Assembly: GCA_963705105.1 (NCBI GenBank)
Contig: CAVPIW010000005.1
Location: 288,001 to 352,000, forward strand
Length of the DNA: 64,000 nucleotides
Direction of reading: 5' to 3'
Source: an uncultured Nitrospiraceae bacterium
GTDB lineage: Bacteria; Nitrospirota; Thermodesulfovibrionia; Thermodesulfovibrionales; Dissulfurispiraceae
Position numbers and translations under genes: made by a program. Below the pieces are notes generated by a model that was not told where the DNA came from, did no database searches, and was given only the letters and a program-made list of their open reading frames with translations. The first letter of the stretch is position 1, and each line of letters begins with the position of its first letter. Below are positions 42,009 through 51,277 of the stretch, piece after piece.

Positions 42009-43384
42009 TCACCGCGCGTCGATGGTGGACGTTTGTTTTCTGCCTCTTCGTCCTGGCTTCCTGCGCGCAAATTGACTCAAGCAGGGAGTGGGACAGGACA
42101 AAGAGGGGCGCCCTGGAGCTGACGGGCTATGAGCCCCGTTGGGCCAGGTCGGACGAGGCAAAGGCATCGGTCCGGACGGAGATCGACCGCCTCCTCTCCG
42201 ACGGCCTCACCATGGATGAGGCGGTGCATATCGCCCTCATGAACAATGCGAAAATGCAGGCATCCTTCGAAGAGATCGGCATCGCCGCAGCCGAATACGT
42301 CCGCGCCGGTCTGCCGGCGAATCCGGCAATCGGCGCCGCTTTCCGGTTCCCTTCCGGACAGGGAGATACCGAAATCGATGCGGACATGATGATCGATCTG
42401 GCGGCCCTCTGGCAGATACCGCGGCGAAGTGATGCTGCACGGACGAAAAATGATGTCACACGCGCCGTCATCCTCGATGAGATGGCACGGGTAGTCACGG
42501 AGGTAACAGTCGCCTTCATGGACTGCCTCGCCCTGTCGATGATCAGAGAGGAGGGCCTGCGTTTGAAGAGGGAACTCGACGAGTGGGCGTCGCACCTCCG
42601 GTATCGCAGAGGCTTCGGCTTTACGAGCGATGTCGAGATGCATACGGCCGGGACCGTGATCGCTGAACAGGAGATCGAGCTTATCCGCATCGGGAGCGCC
42701 GAAAAATCGGCGAGGGCGAGACTGACCAGGCTGCTCGGCCTGAAGCCGGGAAGAGCCCGGTATGACATGAAAGGATCCATAGACTATAGCGTCGCTCCGA
42801 TGCCGGATTACGGAGAGGCGCTGACGGCAGCGCTGACAAGGAGACCGGACGTTCAGGCAGCGGAACTCAGGGTGACCGAGGCCGGCCACCTGCTTTCCCT
42901 GGAACGGACGCGAGTCCTGCCGCACCTGGAGGCGGGGATCTCATTTTCCCATGATCATGAGGGGAAGGACGCCTATGGCCCGGCATTCGCCCTCCAACTG
43001 CCCGTCTTTGACCGGAATCAGGCGCAGATATCAGCGGCTGAGCACCGGCTCCGCCAGGCCGAACGGGAACTGGAGGAAAAGAAGGCCATCGTGGGCGAAG
43101 AAGTTGCTGAAGCCATAGAACTTCTTATGGCATCACGCCAGGAGGTGACGATCCTGAAAGACCGCCTCCTGCCGCTGAGAAGGGAAGCCGTTATATTCAC
43201 CGAGAAGTACGTCAATGCGATGGAACTCACCATGCTCAACCTCTTTGAGGCGCGGCTGCGGCTGTTCGAAGCGCAGAGACGGTTCATCGAGGCCATGAGG
43301 GATAGCAGGAAGCGGGAGATCGAGTTCGCCCGGGCAACGGGGAGGCTGACCCCGACTGTGCCGCAGGGACACAAAGGACAATGA
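42005..43384 (+). CDS. TolC-family outer-membrane lipoprotein
   Basis: Lipobox LASC; LTMDEAVHIAL, ALTRRPDV, LPVFDRNQ; start overlaps the oxidase stop. Confidence 0.88.
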   Translation: MITARRWWTFVFCLFVLASCAQIDSSREWDRTKRGALELTGYEPRWARSDEAKASVRTEIDRLLSDGLTMDEAVHIALMNNAKMQASFEEIGIAAAEYVRAGLPANPAIGAAFRFPSGQGDTEIDADMMIDLAALWQIPRRSDAARTKNDVTRAVILDEMARVVTEVTVAFMDCLALSMIREEGLRLKRELDEWASHLRYRRGFGFTSDVEMHTAGTVIAEQEIELIRIGSAEKSARARLTRLLGLKPGRARYDMKGSIDYSVAPMPDYGEALTAALTRRPDVQAAELRVTEAGHLLSLERTRVLPHLEAGISFSHDHEGKDAYGPAFALQLPVFDRNQAQISAAEHRLRQAERELEEKKAIVGEEVAEAIELLMASRQEVTILKDRLLPLRREAVIFTEKYVNAMELTMLNLFEARLRLFEAQRRFIEAMRDSRKREIEFARATGRLTPTVPQGHKGQ

Positions 43385-43403
43385 GAATAAGGAGGGAACG
43401 GAC

Positions 43404-43910
43404 ATGAAAGCGTTGATCATCAGTGCCGACGATTTTGAGGACACGGAACTCCTCGTCCCCTACTACCGGCTCAGGGAGGAGGGGATCGACGTCGACGTGG
43501 CGTCGATGAAGAAGACGAAGATCAGGGGGAAGCACGGATACGAGGTGACGCCGACCAAAAGGCTCGCCGACGTGAACCCCGACGAGTACGACCTCCTCAT
43601 TCTGCCCGGCGGCAAGGCCCCCGAAGCGGTCCGGAAGGAGGAAAAAGCCCTCGACATAGCCCGCAATTTCTTCCAAAAGAACAAGCCTGTCTCTGCCATC
43701 TGCCACGGGCCGCAGACGCTCATTTCGGCCGGGCTCATGAAGGGGAGGCACGCCACCTGTTACAAGTCGGTGGCGAAGGAGATGAAGGCGGCGGGGGCGC
43801 GCTATGAGGATCAGGAGGTGATCGTGGACGGCAATCTCGTCACATCACGGCATCCCGCCGATCTGCCGGCCTTCATGCGTGAAACGATGAGACTCCTGAA
43901 GAAAGGTTAA
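43404..43910 (+). CDS. PfpI/DJ-1 family protein
   Basis: FEDTE, LILPGG, AICHGP, VDGNLVTSR. Confidence 0.92.
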   Translation: MKALIISADDFEDTELLVPYYRLREEGIDVDVASMKKTKIRGKHGYEVTPTKRLADVNPDEYDLLILPGGKAPEAVRKEEKALDIARNFFQKNKPVSAICHGPQTLISAGLMKGRHATCYKSVAKEMKAAGARYEDQEVIVDGNLVTSRHPADLPAFMRETMRLLKKG

Positions 43911-44105
43911 CCTTATCGTTGCAATACACTTCCGGGAAAGGCGGGGCGTATGCGCCGAAAACCTTGCTGCGGCGACACCTGTATCGAAGAAGACGAGGCA
44001 TACGCCGATGTCAGGAGAATTGGACATCTTTTCCGACACTGACACACACTGACACTGACACTGTTTTCAGAGTGCTTCGCCACGCCTTTCTATACAACTA
44101 CAAGG
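43911..44105. mobile_element. MITE family A copy (hexamer-repeat interior)
   Basis: CC..GG ends, perfect TTAA direct repeats at 43907-43910 (includes the pfpI stop) and 44106-44109. Confidence 0.82.
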
Positions 44106-44174
44106 TTAACAGGCCGATTCGCTGGGGCAAAGGAAGAGGCGATTGATCTCCCGTGCCCCCGTCTCTCCGGTCGC

Positions 44175-44603
44175 TCAGTATCTTCTCTCGTACTTCTCGC
44201 TTTCGCAGACTTCCCTGACCTGGTCCTTCACCATCCTGCCGTCTTCCCAGACCTTCTCGTGCACTTTTCTGCATTTGGTCTGGCCGTCAGGATAATAGGC
44301 ACCTCCTTCAGGTTCGGCATAGTAGCGCCCCCGGCCGTCGTCGGTCCTGTATTCCACGGGTCTCCCCGTAGTGGCGACCTGGCGGGACCCCCTCATCGAG
44401 ATATCGGTTATAGTCGCCCCGGCGACGGCGCCGAGGCCTGCGCCGATGACTCCGCCTCTCCACGGGTTCTTATGGTCGATAAGCGCTCCGGCGATTCCTC
44501 CGACGAGACCGCCTGCAGCAGCTCCCTCATAGTGGTACTGTGTGCATCCGGTCATCGATGTCGACAGAGCAATCGCCAGTGCGACGGCAATGATTCCCTT
44601 CAT
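44175..44603 (-). CDS. Glycine-zipper lipoprotein
   Basis: Lipobox MTGC; GAAAGGLVGGIAGA..GAGLGAVAGA. Confidence 0.85.
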   Translation of the reverse strand: MKGIIAVALAIALSTSMTGCTQYHYEGAAAGGLVGGIAGALIDHKNPWRGGVIGAGLGAVAGATITDISMRGSRQVATTGRPVEYRTDDGRGRYYAEPEGGAYYPDGQTKCRKVHEKVWEDGRMVKDQVREVCESEKYERRY

Positions 44604-45022
44604 TGTACATCCTCCTGCGTTTTGGTTTCATGCCTGACATGACATTATCTTAAAATCTTTTGTTTATTATAGCCCGTTATCCTTCCCCCTGTCTCTTCTT
44701 CACGCGGAGCAGACCCGAAAGTTCAGTAGTGGAGCGCTGCTCTAATGGACTAAAGACGTCTGACCAATGTACTCCAAGATAAAGACTTCTGACCAATGCC
44801 TGATTTTTGATGTCTAATGATTTATGCCGTGGCATCTTCCCCCCACCTTTTCCGGGGGTTGGATGACCGGTCAAAAAGGCATGCCCTTTTGGATGCGATA
44901 GGGTATAATATGACGTATAATATGACTGGACCGCCGGCTTGGGCATGATGCGACAGGATCGGCGATGGTCGAAAAAAACAGAGGAAGACCACCATACATA
45001 ATGCAATAAAAAGGGGGCAGTC

Positions 45023-45673
45023 ATGGATGCGATTCAGGCAATAAGCGAACGAAGGTCGATAAACTTCTTTGAACCCAACAGAGAGATTTCGGACGACAAG
45101 CTGAACAACCTCCTGGGCATAGCGAACCTGTCGCCGTCTTCCTTCAATCTGCAGCCCTGGAAGGTGCTCGTGATCCGCGACCACGGCAAGAAGAAATTCC
45201 TCCGCCAGTGCGCCTTCAACCAGCCGAAGGCGGAGGAGGCATCGGCGATGCTCATCATCATAGCCGACCCCGCGGCTGTCGAGGAGAACATCGACAAGGT
45301 GCTTAAGAGCTGGGAAAAGCTCGGGTACATGAACCCCGAGATGAGGGACCCCTACATCAAGATGATCAAAGGCCTCTACGGCGAGCAGAACACCGAAAAG
45401 AGGAGGCTCTTCGCCGTGAAGAACGCCGCGCTGTTTGCCATGAACGTGATGATTACGGCCAAGGACCTGGGACTCGAAACGCATCCCATGGACGGTATTG
45501 ACGAAGAGTGCATCAAGAAAGAGTTCAGCATCCCTGAGGACAAATTGATCCCTATGCTCATCGCCGTCGGTTACCTGAAAGAAGGGGTGTCCCTGCTGCC
45601 GAGGGCATGGAGGAGATCAATCGGAGAATTCGTGAGATTCGAATCGTACTACGTCGATCTCGAGATGTACTGA
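45023..45673 (+). CDS. Nitroreductase family protein
   Basis: ERRSINFF, SPSSFNLQPW, THPMDG. Confidence 0.92.
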   Translation: MDAIQAISERRSINFFEPNREISDDKLNNLLGIANLSPSSFNLQPWKVLVIRDHGKKKFLRQCAFNQPKAEEASAMLIIIADPAAVEENIDKVLKSWEKLGYMNPEMRDPYIKMIKGLYGEQNTEKRRLFAVKNAALFAMNVMITAKDLGLETHPMDGIDEECIKKEFSIPEDKLIPMLIAVGYLKEGVSLLPRAWRRSIGEFVRFESYYVDLEMY

Positions 45674-45731
45674 TCATGCCTCAGGGACGGCGCCGCTCTG
45701 AAAAACCCGTCCCCGGAAGGAGAAAGGGCCG

Positions 45732-46421
45732 GTGAATCTCTGCAGAAGGGAATTCCTGATCACAGCCTGTGCCGGCATGACTGCCGCCGTGCTGTGCTCG
45801 TATGATCATCTACCTGCTGAAACAGGAAAGGAGAAAAAAACAATGGCCTATACTGCAAAAGATTATGCAAAACTGATCGGGATGGAGGGTTTCAGCGAAA
45901 CGCTCCTCAAGAACCATTTCACCCTGTACCAGGGCTATGTGACGAACACGAACAAAGTCCTCGACACGCTTGACCAGATGCTCAAAGACGGCAAGACAGC
46001 CACACCGGAGTTTGCCGAACTGAAGAGGAGACTGGGATGGGAGTTCAACGGCATGCGGCTCCATGAGTACTATTTCGAGAACCTCGGGGGCAAGGCCGCC
46101 ATCAACAAGGACGGCAAGCTTGCGAAGAAACTGGCCGGGGACTTCGGAAGCTATGAAGCATGGGAAAAAGATTTCAAGGGGACCGGCACCATGCGGGGCA
46201 TCGGATGGGTCGTCCTGTATCAGGACAGCGCAAACGGAAAACTTATCAATTTCTGGATCAATGAGCACGACGTGTCCCATCCCGCCGGCTGCAACCCCAT
46301 CCTCATCATGGACGTCTTCGAGCATGCCTTCATGATCGATTACGGGCTCAAGAGGGCCGATTACATCGAGGCCTTCTTCAAGAACATCGACTGGGCAGCG
46401 GCGGAAGCGCGGCTTAAGTAG
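45732..46421 (+). CDS. Fe/Mn superoxide dismutase (ChrC-like) with Tat-like N-terminal extension; second start at 45843
   Basis: NHFTLYQGY, LHEYYF, MDVFEHAF metal ligands; CRREFL motif after GTG 45732. Confidence 0.88.
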   Translation: MNLCRREFLITACAGMTAAVLCSYDHLPAETGKEKKTMAYTAKDYAKLIGMEGFSETLLKNHFTLYQGYVTNTNKVLDTLDQMLKDGKTATPEFAELKRRLGWEFNGMRLHEYYFENLGGKAAINKDGKLAKKLAGDFGSYEAWEKDFKGTGTMRGIGWVVLYQDSANGKLINFWINEHDVSHPAGCNPILIMDVFEHAFMIDYGLKRADYIEAFFKNIDWAAAEARLK

Positions 46422-46442
46422 AGACCCGCTCCGCTTTCCGTT

Positions 46443-46489
46443 ACAAGACCGGCCGGGACAGACCCTCTGTCCCGGCCGGTCTTGTTTCT
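46443..46489 (+). terminator. Intrinsic terminator after SOD
   Basis: Perfect 20-bp stem acaagaccggccgggacaga / tctgtcccggccggtcttgt followed by ttct. Confidence 0.8.
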
Positions 46490-46565
46490 ATCCCCGCCCC
46501 TCAAAGTCCTTCTGGATGCAGAAACTATGCACCACCCTCATTTTCAAAGTTCTCCAAGAGTCATT

Positions 46566-46593
46566 TTGGACAAGAGTGACATTCGGGTATAAT
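46566..46593 (+). promoter_or_regulatory. Sigma70-type promoter for the peptide gene
   Basis: Perfect TATAAT at 46588-46593, TTGGAC 16 bp upstream. Confidence 0.55.
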
Positions 46594-46618
46594 TAAGGCA
46601 GAAAGGAGGTGATGCCGG

Positions 46619-46768
46619 ATGAAGAAGGTGATGAATGAGAAAGCCCTTGCCGCGGAGGCAGCATTCTGGGGAGTCATGAAGAAACCGCTCACCGGGCAAT
46701 CGGGCAAGATCTGTCACAAATGAAAGGGCTGAAAGAGCTGAACATTGCCAGGATGGCAATGCACGTAG
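46619..46768 (+). CDS. Putative RiPP precursor peptide; 34 aa to first UGA (46723), up to 49 aa if UGAs are read as Sec
   Basis: Strong RBS AAGGAGGT; MKKVMNEKALAAEAAFWGVMKKPLTGQSGKICHK-U-KG-U-KS-U-TLPGWQCT-TAG; upstream of a radical SAM/SPASM gene. Confidence 0.75.
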
Positions 46769-46769
46769 T

Positions 46770-46820
46770 ACAGGCAGGGCGGGCGGGCGGCATTCTTTTC
46801 GATATCGTCACCCTGCCTGT
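46770..46820 (+). other. Hairpin downstream of the precursor (stabiliser/attenuator)
   Basis: 10-bp stem acaggcaggg / ccctgcctgt. Confidence 0.5.
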
Positions 46821-46845
46821 TCCAATTTCTTCCTGTGTCAAGGTT

Positions 46846-46981
46846 TGACGGATTCGCAAAAGGTCCTTTCCAAACACTTGTCCGTCATTCCCGTGCAGAC
46901 GGGAATCCAATGTATTCAGTCAGTTTCTTCTGGTCTGGATACCCGCCTTCGCGAGTATGACAACTTTTTGCGAGGTCGTAA
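46846..46981. repeat. REP-dimer element family B copy 3
   Basis: gtcattcccgtgcagacgggaatcca and ctggatacccgccttcgcgagtatgac; AAGGTTTGAC repeated at 46840 and 46981. Confidence 0.75.
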
Positions 46982-47012
46982 AGGTTTGACTGAATGAAAA
47001 TGGATCGTCAGC

Positions 47013-48056
47013 ATGCACTATGAATTTTTTATCCAGCTTCACCTCACCGAGAGGTGCAATCTCCGGTGCACCCATTGTTATCAGGGAGGCAACGGGGTTG
47101 ACGAGATGTCCCTTGACGAGATCAGGGACCTCATCGGTGAAGTCGAGGGGATGATCGGGACATGGTCGTCATCGTACTGCCTGGAATTTTCGCCCAGCTT
47201 CACGATTACCGGAGGCGAGCCCTTCCTGAGAAAGGATTTCTTCACGGTCCTTGATGACCTTTCGGCGCGGGGAATCGACACCTTCGTCCTCACGAACGGT
47301 ACCCTTGTCGGGAAGGACAATGCCCGCGACCTTTCACGCCTCGGGATCAAAGGTGTCCAGGTGAGCGTCGATGGACCCCGGGAGATCCATGACCGGATCA
47401 GGGGAAAAGGGAGCTTCACTTCCGCCCTCAGGGGGGTGCGCCATCTCCTTGACGCAGGTATCACAGTCACTCTGAATATGACCCTCTCCTCTCTGAACTC
47501 CGGTTCTTTCATGGAGATGGTCGATCTGTCGAAATCTCTCGGCGTGCAGAGGCTTGGGTTTTCGCGCCTCGTTCCCTGCGGCAGGGGAGAGGTCATGGCA
47601 GGGTCACTCCTCAGCAAGATGGAACTTCGGGAGCTCTGCGAGCGTGCCGAAGCGCTGCACATCGACGGTCTCGAGATCGTCACCGGTGACCCTGTGGCGT
47701 CGCAGATTTCATCTCTCCACGCAGGATGCAGCGATATCGTGCCGGAGAGCGGACCATCCGGTGGGTGCGCCGCAGCCTTTTCAGGATTGACGATCCTGCC
47801 CGACGGCACCATCACCCCCTGCCGGAGACTGCCCGTCCCCATCGGGAATGTGCGCCGTGACAGCCTGAGGGAGGTCTGGGCGACGTCGGAGGTGCTTCAG
47901 CGCCTCAGGGACCAGGGGTCGTACAGGGGAAAGTGCGGGACCTGTTCACGCTGGAATGTCTGCAGAGGTTGCAGGGCCATCGCCTACGCATACGCTCACC
48001 TGCAGGGTCAGGCCGACTACCTGGCAGAAGACCCCCAGTGTTTCATTGAATCATGA
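47013..48056 (+). CDS. Radical SAM/SPASM protein (probable peptide maturase)
   Basis: CNLRCTHC, TGGEP, SVDG; SPASM C..PDGTITPC..IGNV..CGTC..CRGC..DPQC. Confidence 0.9.
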   Translation: MHYEFFIQLHLTERCNLRCTHCYQGGNGVDEMSLDEIRDLIGEVEGMIGTWSSSYCLEFSPSFTITGGEPFLRKDFFTVLDDLSARGIDTFVLTNGTLVGKDNARDLSRLGIKGVQVSVDGPREIHDRIRGKGSFTSALRGVRHLLDAGITVTLNMTLSSLNSGSFMEMVDLSKSLGVQRLGFSRLVPCGRGEVMAGSLLSKMELRELCERAEALHIDGLEIVTGDPVASQISSLHAGCSDIVPESGPSGGCAAAFSGLTILPDGTITPCRRLPVPIGNVRRDSLREVWATSEVLQRLRDQGSYRGKCGTCSRWNVCRGCRAIAYAYAHLQGQADYLAEDPQCFIES

Positions 48057-48088
48057 GGCTGGTTCCAACTGTCGAGTACGGATTCATA

Positions 48089-48301
48089 CCCAATAGTTGC
48101 ATGAAAAGGCGGGGCGAAGCGCCTCAAAGCCTTTCTGAAGGCGACGATGAGCCTCGTCAGGTTTGTCTTTCAGGATTCCACTCTCTGTGTGATCGACCAT
48201 TGGCTTGAAAGGTTGTCTTCAGTGAAGGTTAAGGTGTCGCCGCAGCAAGGTTTTCGGCGCATACACCCCGCCTTTCCCGGGAGTGTATTGCAACGATAAG
48301 G
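48089..48301. mobile_element. MITE family A copy (interior type I)
   Basis: Near-identical to 21389-21599 and to the reverse complement of 32288-32500. Confidence 0.8.
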
Positions 48302-48394
48302 ATAACAAATGACTCAATGACTTTCACGTTGGCATTTCGCTCCACCCTTATAATGCAGCAGGCGGGTTTTATTAAATAGAAGGGAGGCTTGGAC

Positions 48395-48841
48395 ATGCCG
48401 CATGCCGGATTGATGGACGAAAGAGAGCTCGGGCCGGAGGCCGGGCCGTTACTGAGGGCAAAGCTCCACATACGGGGCGGGAAGAGACGGTTGCATCAGG
48501 GGAAAATAGCGGCCGGCATCGTCACCCTTTATGACGCCCTGTCCGCAGCCATGGAATGGTATATCAACAGGCCCGGGTGCAGGGAGACCCTGAGAATTCA
48601 GGACGGCGATAACCTCGATGACGAGCGGACGGCCTATGCTGTTCTTAACCGCTCGGGGATTCTCGACGGCTCCTTCGATTATGACGCCTTCGACATCCTC
48701 CTCGAACGGGCCCTTCATGAAGACCTGGAAGGGTTCGACTATAGGCGGATGCTCAAGGGCCTCGAGTCGATCATGACGCAGCTCGGCGTCATGCCCTTCG
48801 ACGAGGCAGCCCTGCCGCCCGAAGACCCATCGACATACTGA
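48395..48841 (+). CDS. Hypothetical protein
   Basis: RBS GGGAGG; natural-looking ~148-aa ORF. Confidence 0.7.
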   Translation: MPHAGLMDERELGPEAGPLLRAKLHIRGGKRRLHQGKIAAGIVTLYDALSAAMEWYINRPGCRETLRIQDGDNLDDERTAYAVLNRSGILDGSFDYDAFDILLERALHEDLEGFDYRRMLKGLESIMTQLGVMPFDEAALPPEDPSTY

Positions 48842-48866
48842 ATCGCGATTCCCGATGATTCCTGAT

Positions 48867-48979
48867 TATTATTAACCCGGCAATTGAATACTTGTACCAC
48901 CGCCATTGCCGCAAGCCCCGGTCATACCGGGATGACAAGGCCATTGCAGTTCATCTGTTTAATTGCCGCGGTAAATAAT
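48867..48979. repeat. REP-containing element family C copy 1
   Basis: Ends tattaacccggcaatt / aattgccgcggtaaata; inverted homolog of 58264-58425. Confidence 0.68.
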
Positions 48980-48993
48980 ATATTTCACGTTGC

Positions 48994-49371
48994 CTATTGC
49001 GTCCACCCTGCCCAACGGCTGATTGTGTACAGCGTTCCCGCCAGGAATAACGTGCCGAAGATCGATTTGTTGTGCCGGGCGACCCAGAGCGGCAGATAGA
49101 TGTCGAAATTGTCCCGCCGATCGTCGGTGTAACGCGCAGCGATGTCGGTTAGCGGACAACGAAGACCATTTCCTATGAGAATCGCCACTTCGACCAGAAC
49201 CACGCCGACGAGCCAAGCCGCTGCCCGGAAGTGTCCCAGGTACCCCAGGATCGGGATCACGATAATGCACGTCGCGAAGAGCGCCCACACAATGGTGTGC
49301 GCCAACCTTACAAGCTCGAGTTTGGTCGTCGATGTCACGGCGAACGAGAGCATTAGCGCAATGCGCCCCAA
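48994..49371 (-). CDS. Small hypothetical membrane protein
   Basis: Three hydrophobic segments, HT..W and RCPLT motifs; start uncertain. Confidence 0.65.
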   Translation of the reverse strand: MGRIALMLSFAVTSTTKLELVRLAHTIVWALFATCIIVIPILGYLGHFRAAAWLVGVVLVEVAILIGNGLRCPLTDIAARYTDDRRDNFDIYLPLWVARHNKSIFGTLFLAGTLYTISRWAGWTQ

Positions 49372-49418
49372 AAGAGAAAACGGTCATGCTCCTGAGACTC
49401 CGAGATCATATCAGGAGA

Positions 49419-49892
49419 TTATGCTATGCGCAACTGCGCAAGCGATGCACGGGCATCTCCTCCACTTATGTCCGGAACGATTCTCAGTTCCAGTGCCGTC
49501 ACCCCGACGAGATCGACCGTGTAATCTTCTAACTCGCGCATCATGCCCGGAGGACTGAAGGTATATTGCTGACGCACAATCTCCCGGTAGGATTGACCGG
49601 CGTCCGGCGACCACCGCAACACGAATTCCTGCGTGCGCGCCTGTTGATCTTCGTGAAACAGTAGTTGAATACGCCTGATCCGCTGCAACTCGTCAAACAG
49701 AAGGCGGATCGTCTGCTCCCCGGCTTCTGCAGCCCGCCAACCCAATCCGACGCCGGGCATCAGCGCCGCCTCAATTGGGTGCGCCTCCTCCTCGGACGTG
49801 ATTTCGACTTGCGCAAGGCTTTGCAAGTCCAACCAACCTTGATCGACGGGTGAGACATTTTGAAGATGTTGACTAATTATCCGCTTTCGCAT
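49419..49892 (-). CDS. Hypothetical protein (galactose-binding-like fold suspected)
   Basis: [38 protein letters not shown]. Confidence 0.7.
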   Translation of the reverse strand: MRKRIISQHLQNVSPVDQGWLDLQSLAQVEITSEEEAHPIEAALMPGVGLGWRAAEAGEQTIRLLFDELQRIRRIQLLFHEDQQARTQEFVLRWSPDAGQSYREIVRQQYTFSPPGMMRELEDYTVDLVGVTALELRIVPDISGGDARASLAQLRIA

Positions 49893-50151
49893 TGGCCTTC
49901 CTCTTACACCTTTCTGTCTTACACAACCTTTTCCCACAGCTGTACTTCAGGTAAAGGTTTTCCACCTTCGTTCTGGCCCATGGGGTCTTCCTTAAGAATT
50001 GCAGGCTGGACTTGATGCCCGGGTTATTGGTAAAGCATCGTATATTGATGATCTGCCCCAATTTCTCCCACCCATGATGCTCCACCAGATGGGTAAGCAT
50101 CATTTCCAGCGTGACACCATGAAGAGGATCTTTATGGTGCTGGTCGCTCAT
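49873..50151 (-). CDS. VF530/DUF2132 family protein
   Basis: [41 protein letters not shown]. Confidence 0.85.
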   Translation of the reverse strand: MSDQHHKDPLHGVTLEMMLTHLVEHHGWEKLGQIINIRCFTNNPGIKSSLQFLRKTPWARTKVENLYLKYSCGKRLCKTERCKRKANAKADN

Positions 50152-50503
50152 GTCCATCCGCTTTCCGGTTTGCCGGCGCCTTTCCCTGGTCCAACGCGTC
50201 GAGGAATTCCCGAACAGGTGCGGGATCATATTTCCGCATCAACGAGCCGACATACTGCATCTGCCGGGCAAAAGAACCGTGTTTCTTCATGGTCTTCGCC
50301 GCCTTCACGGCATTTAGAATATCTTCAGTCAAACCAATCTGTTTGAGCTGCTTATCCGACAACTTCACCAGACGTTCGCCCAGGTCCTGCAGGGACAGTG
50401 CCGCTTTTTTCTTCTGAGTTCTGCTCAAGCGCACCAGATGCTCTCCCTGTTCCTGCCCGCCTTTCGCTGTCTTCTTCATGTCTTTCTTGTGTACCAGTCC
50501 CAT
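50132..50503 (-). CDS. DUF615 (YjgA/DarP-like) protein, short form
   Basis: [29 protein letters not shown]. Confidence 0.78.
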   Translation of the reverse strand: MGLVHKKDMKKTAKGGQEQGEHLVRLSRTQKKKAALSLQDLGERLVKLSDKQLKQIGLTEDILNAVKAAKTMKKHGSFARQMQYVGSLMRKYDPAPVREFLDALDQGKAPANRKADGHERPAP

Positions 50504-50648
50504 ACATTCACCGTCTTATCAGATCAATTTATGCAAAAATCCGCAATGAGGCGCTGAGCAGTGCCCGAAGAGCATCTGTTTCGAGTGCCTGGATATTTTA
50601 CGGGATGGGGGAGAAGGGGGACAACCCCCTTATTAATTCCTTACCCGA

Positions 50649-51044
50649 TTATGTATCAACTACCTTAAGTCCCAGGTACTCGACCATGGGATCGAAATCT
50701 CTGTCGTCATGCAATAGAGGCAGTTGATAATGAACGCAGAAGGTTCCGATTATGACGTCTATGGTTTTCCTTGGGGTTACGCCTCTTTTCCTAAGAGCCC
50801 TGTAGTTCTCTGCACTTTTTAGGGCGATATCCCGGCCCACCATTGGCATGAATGGCATACCCAGCAGCAGTTCCTTCGCGACCTTGAATTCTTTATTTTT
50901 TTGAAACCCCTGAAGTACTTCAGTCAGGATCAGATCACCCATTATGACTGGCGTGCTTCCGAGTGCCGAATCGAACCAATCCGTTTGCCGTGTGTTGTTG
51001 CCGTTGAAGTAGTCGATCCAGACAGATGAATCGACAATAATCAT
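50649..51044 (-). CDS. vapC: PIN-domain toxin
   Basis: MIIVDSSVWID, TEVLQG, RKTID, LLHDDRDF. Confidence 0.92.
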   Translation of the reverse strand: MIIVDSSVWIDYFNGNNTRQTDWFDSALGSTPVIMGDLILTEVLQGFQKNKEFKVAKELLLGMPFMPMVGRDIALKSAENYRALRKRGVTPRKTIDVIIGTFCVHYQLPLLHDDRDFDPMVEYLGLKVVDT

Positions 51045-51235
51045 CTATCTAACCTCATCTCTTCAAGGTTGCCGGTCCACTTAAGCTTACCCCTAAAACT
51101 CTTTATCTTTTCCTGACTTTTCATTAGCACCAACAGTTTCAGGCCCTCTTCTATTGCCTCTTTCTTTGTCTTAATTCCCGAAGTCCTGAGAGCAGATTCC
51201 ATCAGGTCGTCATTGATCACAACATTAGTTCTCAT
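51041..51235 (-). CDS. vapB: VapB-family antitoxin
   Basis: MRTNVVINDDLM..TKKEAIEEGL..RGKLKWTGNLEEMR; RBS AGGAGG; overlaps toxin start. Confidence 0.9.
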   Translation of the reverse strand: MRTNVVINDDLMESALRTSGIKTKKEAIEEGLKLLVLMKSQEKIKSFRGKLKWTGNLEEMRLDR

Positions 51236-51247
51236 ACGCCACCTCCT

Positions 51248-51277
51248 ATGTGTATCAATATCTCCTATTATACACAT
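51248..51277. promoter_or_regulatory. Probable VapBC autoregulatory operator
   Basis: Perfect IR atgtgtat-N14-atacacat overlapping a minus-strand TATAAT. Confidence 0.6.

Noticed and set aside
44677..44835. 52-aa minus-strand ORF MPRHKSLDIK..
   Set aside because: Overlaps a repeat-rich control region; no recognisable features
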